A program made the position numbers and the translations under genes. This document shows positions 35,448-42,916 of a DNA stretch of 64,000 bases, in pieces. The notes beneath the pieces were generated by a model. It ran no database searches. It was not told the origin of the DNA and saw only the letters and a list, made by a program, of their open reading frames with translations. Numbering within the stretch: position 1 is the first letter of the stretch; each line of letters begins with the position of its first letter. Origin of the DNA: a virus (taxonomy: Duplodnaviria; Caudoviricetes); IMG/VR virus record IMGVR_UViG_3300031949_000018, positions 1-64,000 of that record, one strand, 5' to 3'.

Positions 35448-35521
35448 TGGCAGGTGATGGGGGAATCGAACCCGCATATTCCGTTTTGGAGACGGACGCT
35501 CTACCATTGAGCTAAACACCT
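35448..35521 (-). tRNA. tRNA-Trp(CCA)
   Basis: Cloverleaf, CT-CCA-AA, G73, CCA; U6:U67 and C50:C64 mismatches. Confidence 0.9.
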
Positions 35522-35522
35522 A

Positions 35523-35614
35523 TGGCGGAAGAGTGAGGCCTTGATCCCCAGACGTGGTATCAGCACGTCCCAATCGCTTTCGAGGCGATGCCCACCCGAG
35601 TGAGTTACTCTTCC
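35523..35614 (-). tRNA. tRNA-Ser(CGA)
   Basis: Long variable arm, CT-CGA-AA, G73, CCA. Confidence 0.85.
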
Positions 35615-35669
35615 AATAATAACCCCGTTGGGGGCCTCTCGGCCAAGTCCAACGGGGAGTAAATCTACG

Positions 35670-35748
35670 TGGCTCCCGGGCCTGGAGTCGAACCAAGATC
35701 TTCCCTCCTTTCAAGGGGAGGGATGCTCTGGCATTGAGCTACCCAGGA
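35670..35748 (-). tRNA. Atypical tRNA with an extended anticodon arm (loop CCTTGAAA)
   Basis: TCCTGGG/CCCGGGA acceptor, T-arm, CCA; 7-bp anticodon stem; D-loop lacks GG. Confidence 0.55.
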
Positions 35749-35782
35749 ACACCATTCATATTTATCACGCCTCCCGCATGTG

Positions 35783-36010
35783 TCAATGGCCGACCCACTG
35801 TTTTTTCCTGCGGGAGACGTCTTTCCAGCTGCGGACGTACCAACCTCTGGATCTGTTACGGTGGTCGACGTTCATCTTTTCACCCTCGAACCACTTGACG
35901 TGGCGATAGTAGTTGCCCCACCCGTGCTCGTAGGCGATCCCGCCTCGCTTGCCCCAGAGCCAGTGCCAGACGCCACCTACGTCCCTGTACTGGCGCTTTA
36001 TCTTCTTCAT
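35783..36010 (-). CDS. Small basic Trp-rich hypothetical protein
   Basis: ORF track. Confidence 0.55.
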   Translation of the reverse strand: MKKIKRQYRDVGGVWHWLWGKRGGIAYEHGWGNYYRHVKWFEGEKMNVDHRNRSRGWYVRSWKDVSRRKKQWVGH

Positions 36011-36049
36011 CAGTCACTCCATAAGTTGTTAGCTTACGTCATGACTGCC

Positions 36050-36259
36050 TCACCAGATGTCTGCACATGCTATTCTCCTCCTCATTCCTCCGTGCGCGGT
36101 CTTCATCATGATCACCGCGTATGACTGAGTGCGCGGCAGGTATATGATCTTTCGGTGCCACGACGCATGCCGGATTGGATTCGGGTCGTGCGCCTCATCC
36201 ACTTCCCATCCGTCCCCTCCGGGCGAATAGGTTTCATTTTTTAAAGTGAACCCGTACAT
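36050..36259 (-). CDS. Hypothetical protein
   Basis: ORF track. Confidence 0.5.
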   Translation of the reverse strand: MYGFTLKNETYSPGGDGWEVDEAHDPNPIRHASWHRKIIYLPRTQSYAVIMMKTAHGGMRRRIACADIW

Positions 36260-36551
36260 GGGTGGTCCCGTCCTGCTGTGTCTTCGTCATCGTCGTCACG
36301 TCCTTAATCCACTTTGCCTGAGGGTGATACTTGCAGAAGAAGGTGTTCGGAAACTTACTCTTTCCAAAGACGGCGATCACCGGATTCTTCTTATCGATGA
36401 CCGTATGGAAGTACAGAGAACCCGGGTTTCTCAGCCCTTTCTCCAGTAATTCGAAGCACTCATTCTCTGTGTTCATGATGAGTTCATCCCTGGGCTTTTT
36501 GGTTTCCCAAATGAAATTCACCCTGGCTCGGTCGTATGGGTTGTTCCACAT
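36234..36551 (-). CDS. MWNNPYDRAR-family protein A
   Basis: Shared N-terminus with 36551-36793. Confidence 0.7.
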   Translation of the reverse strand: MWNNPYDRARVNFIWETKKPRDELIMNTENECFELLEKGLRNPGSLYFHTVIDKKNPVIAVFGKSKFPNTFFCKYHPQAKWIKDVTTMTKTQQDGTTHVRVHFKK

Positions 36552-36793
36552 TACGGATGGTACTCACAGATGAAGATTTGTTCTCCTGATCGTACATGTC
36601 GTTCTCGGGGAAACGACATGCGCATCGTTATGCGTCTGTCATACATGGTCACGCTGACGACTACGCCGGTGGTGTCGGCTATCTTCTGCATCATCTTATC
36701 TTCGGCTCCCATTTTAAGTTCATACGGAGGTTGCATAGTCCTCCATAGGAAGGTCACCCTGGCTCGGTCGTATGGGTTGTTCCACATGTTCAT
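36551..36793 (-). CDS. MWNNPYDRAR-family protein B
   Basis: Shared N-terminus with 36234-36551. Confidence 0.7.
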   Translation of the reverse strand: MNMWNNPYDRARVTFLWRTMQPPYELKMGAEDKMMQKIADTTGVVVSVTMYDRRITMRMSFPRERHVRSGEQIFICEYHP

Positions 36794-36795
36794 CC

Positions 36796-36889
36796 TGGCG
36801 GAGGAGTGAGGTCTCGATCCCCAGACGTGGTCTTAGCACGTCCCAAACGCTTTCCAGGCGTTGCCGACACCCCGGTCGGTTACTACTCC
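36796..36889 (-). tRNA. tRNA-Ser(GGA)
   Basis: Long variable arm, CT-GGA-AA, CCA. Confidence 0.85.
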
Positions 36890-37028
36890 AATTAGCTCTA
36901 GGTGGCCGGACGCTGCCCCGGCACTTGCTATGTCTCCTATCGAAGACGTTGCTACTGAATTCTCAATATCTGGATGCGTTCCAATCACCAGTGCACCAGT
37001 GATCAGTTTACCAGCATACACCTATCTC

Positions 37029-37577
37029 TTACGCGTACTTCCTACGCCTCTTTAGCTTGGCGGCACTGAGGTGCCGTATCTTCCTGTCCTGAGACTCAGA
37101 CCGCTGACGGATCTCCGCGAAGCGATCGGCGCAGAACGTCGCGGCCGGGCTATTCGGCTTGACCATCGGGATCACGTTGCAAGTCCCGGTGATGTAGCCG
37201 ATGGCCTCCTTGATGACGATGTTCGAACCCGCTGACTTGTCGGAGTTGATGTCGAGGTGAACCTCGCTGTGTCGATCCCCGAGTGCGTCGGCGATGCGCA
37301 GGTACATGTCCGCGATCTTGTAGACCTCGTTCATGAGTCGCATCGTCGGCCTGTTCTTGACCTGGTCGAAGTCCCTCTCGCGAGTGACCTCACCGAATAT
37401 CTTGCATCCGCGGCAGCCGTCGTAGTGAACGACGACGCAGATGGCGTAGTCAGCGACCCACTGGCCCCCGACCTTGTGGCGCTCGCTGTCGCCGCCGACG
37501 TAGATCTTCGTCTCGGCGCTCTGGGCGCTAATGAAGGCCTTCACGGCCTCTATGTCCATCTTCCGTCTAAAGTCCAT
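37029..37577 (-). CDS. RNase H-like YkuK/DUF458 family protein
   Basis: IYVGGDS, RLMNEV, EVHLDIN, KP...AA..CAD. Confidence 0.8.
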   Translation of the reverse strand: MDFRRKMDIEAVKAFISAQSAETKIYVGGDSERHKVGGQWVADYAICVVVHYDGCRGCKIFGEVTRERDFDQVKNRPTMRLMNEVYKIADMYLRIADALGDRHSEVHLDINSDKSAGSNIVIKEAIGYITGTCNVIPMVKPNSPAATFCADRFAEIRQRSESQDRKIRHLSAAKLKRRRKYA

Positions 37578-37892
37578 GACTCACCTCGGTACTTTCATAT
37601 CATAGTCTACCCTATGTGACTCGAGCTTCCGCCGATCCGACTGGGTGTATCTCTCCTTCTGGGGAGTGAGTTTACCTTTCCAGGGCTTGCACATCAGGCA
37701 CCCTGATCTTCGTCTTTTCGGTCGGCCTCTCTTGTGGTTCACACAGAGTCCTTCTTAAAAAAATAGCGCCCGGGCTCACGTACGCTTAACTTCTTGCCCG
37801 GGAGGCGTAAGGTGGGACCGCGTTACGGGATGGTCGATCACCGATACCTGCATCTTGCATCCCACTCGACGTGGGGTAGCTCAGCCACTAAC

Positions 37893-37984
37893 TGGCGGAG
37901 AGCTGAGGTCTCGATCCCCAGGCGGGTTTTAACCGCCCCAAGGGTTTAGCAAACCCCGGTCGCACCCCGGCGACTTAACTCTCC
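37893..37984 (-). tRNA. tRNA-Ser(GCT)
   Basis: Long variable arm, GCT anticodon, CCA. Confidence 0.85.
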
Positions 37985-37997
37985 GTATCTGTGTGGA

Positions 37998-38026
37998 TAT
38001 TTATACAGTCTGGTGACGGATGTCAA
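37998..38026 (-). promoter_or_regulatory. Hybrid promoter: TTGACA plus T4-late TATAAATA
   Basis: TTGACA-N15-TATAAATA. Confidence 0.6.
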
Positions 38027-38032
38027 ATGGAA

Positions 38033-38113
38033 TGGCGCGCACGACAGGACTCGAACCTGCATCTGCCTCCAATTACCTCACTCAGGCTTCGCAAGCCTGG
38101 GGGTTACGTGCGC
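38033..38113 (-). tRNA. D-arm-less tRNA-Arg-like RNA (GCG)
   Basis: Acceptor GCGCACG/CGTGCGC, T-arm, CCA; CAGGC-TTGCGAA-GCCTG begins 7 nt after the acceptor. Confidence 0.65.
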
Positions 38114-38115
38114 AT

Positions 38116-38198
38116 TGGACCTCCCGACAGGATTCGAACCCGCGTTTTCAGCTCCGTCTACGTATGATGCGTTCGAAGCGCACCTCGGCTACGGGAGG
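38116..38198 (-). tRNA. D-arm-less tRNA-Arg-like RNA (TCG)
   Basis: Acceptor CCTCCCG/CGGGAGG, T-arm, CCA; GTGCG-CTTCGAA-CGCAT begins 8 nt after the acceptor. Confidence 0.65.
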
Positions 38199-38202
38199 AT
38201 CT

Positions 38203-38277
38203 TGGTGGAGACGAGGGGAGTCGAACCCCTGACTTACCCGTGCGAGGGGTGAGTTTTCCCGGTTAAACTACGTCCCC
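38203..38277 (-). tRNA. tRNA-Ala(CGC)
   Basis: G3:U70, CGC anticodon, CCA. Confidence 0.88.
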
Positions 38278-38457
38278 GGAATTCGTGTTCATTTCATCTA
38301 GTATCTTTTGGATACGCTTAAGATCTTTCATAACGCACCAGCCGATGGCGAAAAATGCACCGCTAAGAAATGATAATGCGTTTGAGGCGATCCAAAGAAG
38401 CATCATCGTGTAATCTATGTTTGCCTGTATCTCACTAATCGCTTCGTTCATTGCCAT
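38263..38457 (-). CDS. Small single-TM membrane protein
   Basis: Hydrophobic central segment; start approximate. Confidence 0.5.
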   Translation of the reverse strand: MAMNEAISEIQANIDYTMMLLWIASNALSFLSGAFFAIGWCVMKDLKRIQKILDEMNTNSGDVV

Positions 38458-38465
38458 ACCTAGTT

Positions 38466-38540
38466 TGGTGGAGAAGCCGGGTGTCGAACCCGGGTCCTTG
38501 CACTGCCAGCGCAAAGCTTTCCCAGTTAAGCTACTTCCCC
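38466..38540 (-). tRNA. tRNA-Ala(GGC)
   Basis: G3:U70, GGC anticodon, CCA. Confidence 0.9.
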
Positions 38541-38789
38541 TTTGTCTTCTTCGCCGCCCTCTTCAAGATTGCCATGAGGCCCTCCTTCACGAGAACATTC
38601 CTGGCCTCCTCGTCGATCTCAAAATTTATAGTAGCCCCGCCATCCGGCTCATCTACTATCGATATGACTTCTATCTTCATAACTAATTGTCTCCCATGGA
38701 CCTTCGGACCTTAGAATCGAACCGTGCCGTGCCCTACCGGAGTCGAACCGGATTCCCGGGAGACACCCCACGCCAGTGAGGCCTTGACT

Positions 38790-38865
38790 TGGAGTGCTGG
38801 GAGGGAATCGAACCCCCGTAAACCGAGTTGCAGTCGGGTGCGTCGAACCATTCCGCCACCAGCAC
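38790..38865 (-). tRNA. tRNA-Cys(GCA)
   Basis: CT-GCA-AC, U73, CCA. Confidence 0.88.
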
Positions 38866-38970
38866 GAATATTGTGGCCTAGAGAACCTTTAGGGTCCTAG
38901 CACCGGTTGGTTTCCTTACCGCCACACACCCCAGGCTGAGATCTCAGCAAAGAGACTAGGTCATAAACTT

Positions 38971-39046
38971 TGGCGCCCACGACAGGACTCGAACCTGCAT
39001 ATAATCGCTTAGAAGGCGACAGCTCATCCGATTGAACCACGTGGGC
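38971..39046 (-). tRNA. tRNA-Arg(TCT)
   Basis: CT-TCT-AA, canonical cloverleaf, CCA. Confidence 0.9.
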
Positions 39047-39057
39047 AATTCATACCT

Positions 39058-39086
39058 TCTATATATGGTGTTGCCGGTCGTGTCAA
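39058..39086 (-). promoter_or_regulatory. Sigma70-type promoter for tRNA cluster 3
   Basis: TTGACA-N17-TATAGA. Confidence 0.6.
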
Positions 39087-39329
39087 CTATTTTATTATGT
39101 CTGTCGGTAGCTTGACGTACGGCCCCGTGACCTTGACCGCGTTGCGACGGGCCATCTCTATGAGGATCCTGATGTCAGACCCCACTATGTGGTAGTGCCA
39201 GTCGTCCCTAACCGCGTGGTTCCACATCCACTCTAGCCACTCCGACGAACCCGGCGTTGGTGGTTCAGCGTTATATTCGCGATCGACTTTTTTCGCCTTC
39301 ACGAGTTCGTATCCAAAATCCTCAGCCAT
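39087..39329 (-). CDS. Hypothetical protein
   Basis: ORF track. Confidence 0.6.
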   Translation of the reverse strand: MAEDFGYELVKAKKVDREYNAEPPTPGSSEWLEWMWNHAVRDDWHYHIVGSDIRILIEMARRNAVKVTGPYVKLPTDIIK

Positions 39330-39738
39330 CTATTTTCCTTCCTGGCAGGGTGCCGTGATTTCCCGTGTGACTAGGCGCCTGCCAGTCGGCAGGTTTAACG
39401 AGATCGGGCAGCCCTAGTGGGTTAGGTCTCGATTCCTTAACGCCGAGCTGCTTATTCATATTCGCTGCATGAACCCGATCCCAGGCCTTCTCCGAATCGA
39501 TACCGAAGAGATCTAGTGTCCCGATCGCGACTACACAGATATCGATGAGTGCGTCTACCACCTCCTCGGCGTCTTTGTCCTCGACGGCGTCGCCCATTTC
39601 ATTCAACTCCTCGAATATGAAGTTGAGTCGAAACTCAAGGAGCATTTGCTTCTTCTCGTCGTCAAAGTCTGCAACCTTCTCGTGAAAGCCGTAGTGGACG
39701 TGCATGTCGTGAATGTCTTTTACCCAGTCCGTCGTCAT
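39322..39738 (-). CDS. MazG/HisE-like dNTP pyrophosphatase (functional gp56 analogue candidate)
   Basis: EELNE, DALID...V..G, AW..VH.ANM.K, D..KP..W..P. Confidence 0.8.
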   Translation of the reverse strand: MTTDWVKDIHDMHVHYGFHEKVADFDDEKKQMLLEFRLNFIFEELNEMGDAVEDKDAEEVVDALIDICVVAIGTLDLFGIDSEKAWDRVHAANMNKQLGVKESRPNPLGLPDLVKPADWQAPSHTGNHGTLPGRKIDG

Positions 39739-40364
39739 CTCTTCGCTATTCCTTTCATTTTCTCGCCGGCCTTGTCGTTGGCCTCGCGCACCTTGTTCTC
39801 GATGCTCAGCTGGGCCTCCGCCGCGGAGATCATGTCCACCATCTCTGGTTGAAACTTTATCCTAACGCCTCCGTCGAGCGCCACGATCTTCGCCCACTTC
39901 TTCTTGGCGAAGCTCCTTTTCAATCCCTCTTGTTTCCCGATGATGGTTATTCCATCGAGGTGGTCTATTTCGTGCTGCATAACTCGAGAGGTGAAATCGC
40001 TGAACTGCTTCGTCATCGTCGACCCGTTAGGAAGGGTATACCTGAGCCTGATGATGCGGTGTCTCTTTATCTTCAGGAAGAGCCCTGGGAATGTTAGGCA
40101 TCCCTCGACGAGTTCAGTCGTGGCCTCGGACGACGATACGATCTTCGGGTTGTAGAACACCCCGCACGGGTCGGATGCCACCGAGAACACCCTGTATGGT
40201 ATTCCGACCTGCGGTCCCGAGAGGCCTAGGCCTCTCCTGGCCAGCATGGTCTCCACCAGGTTGTTGGCGAACTCTATCGGGTCAAACGGAGGATGGGCGA
40301 AGTCGAAGCCCTGGGCCGCCCGGTAGAGTACTGGATCCGAGTGCGTGACGAGGTCCAGGATCAC
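39735..40364 (-). CDS. def: Peptide deformylase
   Basis: GLGLSGPQVG, EGCLT, QHEIDHLDG. Confidence 0.92.
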   Translation of the reverse strand: MILDLVTHSDPVLYRAAQGFDFAHPPFDPIEFANNLVETMLARRGLGLSGPQVGIPYRVFSVASDPCGVFYNPKIVSSSEATTELVEGCLTFPGLFLKIKRHRIIRLRYTLPNGSTMTKQFSDFTSRVMQHEIDHLDGITIIGKQEGLKRSFAKKKWAKIVALDGGVRIKFQPEMVDMISAAEAQLSIENKVREANDKAGEKMKGIAKR

Positions 40365-40609
40365 CCGGCATTGCTTTCCGAACTTACAGGAACCGGAGAA
40401 AAGTCTATGTAATAGTATTTGCCGAGCTCGAACTGGGTGAGTGCCGCCTCGTTATCTACCTGCATGTCGATGTGCCCCGTCGGGGTCGCCTTCATGAAGC
40501 GCTGATCCTCAGGAATCGACGGATCGTACATCGCCGAGAACCGGAGGGTCTTGCCTCCCCACGCGGACTTGGTCTCTGAGGTTAGTTGCATCTTAGCTCT
40601 TACCGTCAT
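40361..40609 (-). CDS. Hypothetical protein
   Basis: VRAKM...F.KATP.G.I.M. Confidence 0.7.
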   Translation of the reverse strand: MTVRAKMQLTSETKSAWGGKTLRFSAMYDPSIPEDQRFMKATPTGHIDMQVDNEAALTQFELGKYYYIDFSPVPVSSESNAG

Positions 40610-40619
40610 GTCTGTCTCC

Positions 40620-40907
40620 TTAGTCTTGATATGAATCGTATAGAAGATCGTAGGTCATCTCGAAGACGTCTGGGCTACACGGATAGTACTCCGCCTTCAC
40701 CCCTCTTATTATCCAGTCGCCCTGGACGGCGGTCTGAGTGCCTGAGGACGTCTCGATCTCTAGGTCATTTATACCCGCCGTGGAGGGCATCTTTAGGTGG
40801 CCGTCGCTCATCATGGCCTCTGCTATGGTCGCGTAGGTCTCGTTCTCTCCGTCCCATAGGATGGCCTTGACGATGACGGGCTTCTTGACGTAGTTCAGGA
40901 ACATCAT
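40620..40907 (-). CDS. Conserved phage protein (GDWII.GV..E.YPC motif)
   Basis: Y.KKPV.V.A..W.G and GDWIIRGVKAEYYPCSPDVF..TY. Confidence 0.75.
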   Translation of the reverse strand: MMFLNYVKKPVIVKAILWDGENETYATIAEAMMSDGHLKMPSTAGINDLEIETSSGTQTAVQGDWIIRGVKAEYYPCSPDVFEMTYDLLYDSYQD

Positions 40908-41434
40908 TCTCTCCTTATCGCGGCGACCAGGCACCTGGCCTGGTGCTTAGAGTCGTCCAAGGCCGAGTGATACGTGCCCTGTCTCCCCACAGAGTCAGCG
41001 TCGAACCCAAGGACGTGGTACGCGGTTCGAGTGTCTCGGCACTCCCTAAAGTTCCACGGGGGTTTCTTCCCGAGGAATTCATAGGCCGTCGTTAGGATGG
41101 GAAAGTCGAACGCGGCGCCCTGGCACCATATCGTCTTGGCGCCCGTCTGGTGCCACCACCTGGATAGCTGATCGAGGGCATCTGGCAATGGTTTCTGGTC
41201 AACCTCGACGGCGTCTCTGGCGGCCTGTGACTGCTTCGTCCACCATTCCTCCACTCTCTTCTCGACGACTAGGCCCGCTTCCTCGCAGGAGGACCTGGTG
41301 ACGTTGGAATAGAACTCGTGCTTGAATTCTAGGGGACCGGAGGAGAAGGGATTGAACGACGCGGCCCCGATCGACCTTATGACCGACCAGGGCCTGACGC
41401 CAAGCGTCTCAATATCAATCATCACGTGAAGCAT
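40904..41434 (-). CDS. DEDDh 3'-5' exonuclease (RNase AS-like)
   Basis: MIDIETLG, FDF.IL, RDTRT, H.ALDD. Confidence 0.88.
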   Translation of the reverse strand: MLHVMIDIETLGVRPWSVIRSIGAASFNPFSSGPLEFKHEFYSNVTRSSCEEAGLVVEKRVEEWWTKQSQAARDAVEVDQKPLPDALDQLSRWWHQTGAKTIWCQGAAFDFPILTTAYEFLGKKPPWNFRECRDTRTAYHVLGFDADSVGRQGTYHSALDDSKHQARCLVAAIRRE

Positions 41435-41483
41435 AATAAAATTCCTATAACAGCGGGCCTGAAACTAACAGGCCGGCGTCGAT

Positions 41484-41696
41484 TTATTTTCCGGCGAGTT
41501 TAGTTATCGCGTCGCGGATGAACATCATGCCTACGCCGGTCGTGATGAGCACGTCCGGAGTGAGGTTAGGCCAGATCATCTTGGCAAAGTCGACAACGAA
41601 TGGGACCCCGATGGCTTCCGCCACACCGGCCGCGACCATCGCGACACCCATCCAGAACGTCTTAGAATTGAAGTTAAACATGGTAGTAAAATTCAT
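41484..41696 (-). CDS. Small two-TM protein, holin candidate
   Basis: Two hydrophobic helices; adjacent to endolysins; late promoter upstream. Confidence 0.55.
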   Translation of the reverse strand: MNFTTMFNFNSKTFWMGVAMVAAGVAEAIGVPFVVDFAKMIWPNLTPDVLITTGVGMMFIRDAITKLAGK

Positions 41697-41725
41697 CTTA
41701 TTGCTCCTATTGGTATACCTGGGGC

Positions 41726-41733
41726 TATTTATA
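41726..41733 (-). promoter_or_regulatory. T4-type late promoter
   Basis: TATAAATA. Confidence 0.6.
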
Positions 41734-42256
41734 CCGGCGGCAGCAGGAAGAGGCTGGCGTCGTCGATCCTGCGGAGCTGAAGGCCCAGATATACCCTCTG
41801 CTGCTGGGTGACTACGTCGGTCGAGGTATCCAACTTAGTGAACACTGGATATTCAGGCCCCTCGTAGTAGTGGACAAAGGCGTTGGCCGCCAGCTTCCGA
41901 TAGTTCTTGACCTCAGGCTGGTTGAGCCAGTAGATGATGGCAGAGTTCCTCAGGGTGCCAGGGCCCCTGTTGTAGGCCACGTCCCAGAGGGCACAAAACT
42001 CGTTGTCGTTGACCTCGACCTTGAGCATCTTCTCAATGATCGGGACCAGATACTGCAGGTCTGCCTCGAGGATGGCCAGGGCTTCCGCCTCGTCCTTGAG
42101 CACGGTGAATTCATCTACGAAGGGGAGGACCCCGGCGGCGTTGCCGTGGCCGAAACCTACGTGCCAGGAACCGTCCTTGTCCTTGTAGGCATTCTGCATG
42201 TAGAGTTCCCATCTCTTGATGAACTCCACCATGCGGGGAACCATAGCCCTAGCCAT
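41729..42256 (-). CDS. GH24-like phage lysozyme
   Basis: FIKRWE...AYKD..G.WHVGFGH, AL....YNRG. Confidence 0.8.
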   Translation of the reverse strand: MARAMVPRMVEFIKRWELYMQNAYKDKDGSWHVGFGHGNAAGVLPFVDEFTVLKDEAEALAILEADLQYLVPIIEKMLKVEVNDNEFCALWDVAYNRGPGTLRNSAIIYWLNQPEVKNYRKLAANAFVHYYEGPEYPVFTKLDTSTDVVTQQQRVYLGLQLRRIDDASLFLLPPV

Positions 42257-42412
42257 CTATCAGTTGTCCCTCGTCTGTGTAGCGCTTGATGACTGGATCG
42301 ATGACGCGCATCATTCCACTCTCGGCTTCGATCAAGGTGTCAAAGTCCCCCATCAAGACATCATCCTTGGTCAGGCGCCACTTGCTATTGGGTCTCTGCT
42401 GGATCTGGAACA

Positions 42413-42916
42413 TCAGAGCCTGACATACTTTCCGAAGGCGTACTTGGCACCAGGGAGCCCCACAGACTTGGCCCAAGGGCCCGCGTCGAAGCACGGGCAC
42501 TCCTTCATGTACTCATTTTTCTCGATGAGCCCATCGTGATCGAGGTCCGGTGATAGGTCCCGGTGGCCGAGGATGACCGCGTTCGGATACCTCTTCAGAA
42601 GTCTCTTCAACACAATGATCAACGACGCCGTCTGTTCCGGGGTTCGAGTATCCTCAGGCTTGGCGGTGACGCTGTTGAGTCCTCCGACATAGGATATGCC
42701 CATCGTGGTGTTGTTGAAGTCCTTGGCGTGGGCACCCACAGAGTCCAGCGGACGACGACCATCCCATATCTCACCTTTTATGCCGATGAGGTAGTGATAG
42801 CCGATGTCGCTGAACCCGCGGGCCTTGTGCATCTGACGAATGCTCGCGACGTTATACGCCTGCTTGGCCAAGGTGGCGGTGCAGTGCACTACGATCGCGT
42901 CTGTTCGAACCCTCAC
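42413..42916 (-). CDS. N-acetylmuramoyl-L-alanine amidase (T7-lysozyme-like)
   Basis: IVVHCTA, IGYHY, GAH, GHRD, K.CP.FD. Confidence 0.92.
   Translation of the reverse strand: MRVRTDAIVVHCTATLAKQAYNVASIRQMHKARGFSDIGYHYLIGIKGEIWDGRRPLDSVGAHAKDFNNTTMGISYVGGLNSVTAKPEDTRTPEQTASLIIVLKRLLKRYPNAVILGHRDLSPDLDHDGLIEKNEYMKECPCFDAGPWAKSVGLPGAKYAFGKYVRL

Noticed and set aside
36895-37020. Possible tmRNA-like or tRNA-like element between tRNA-Ser(GGA) and the YkuK-like gene
   Set aside because: Only a weak AGGTG/CACCT end pairing and one GC hairpin; no CCA, T-loop or tag ORF
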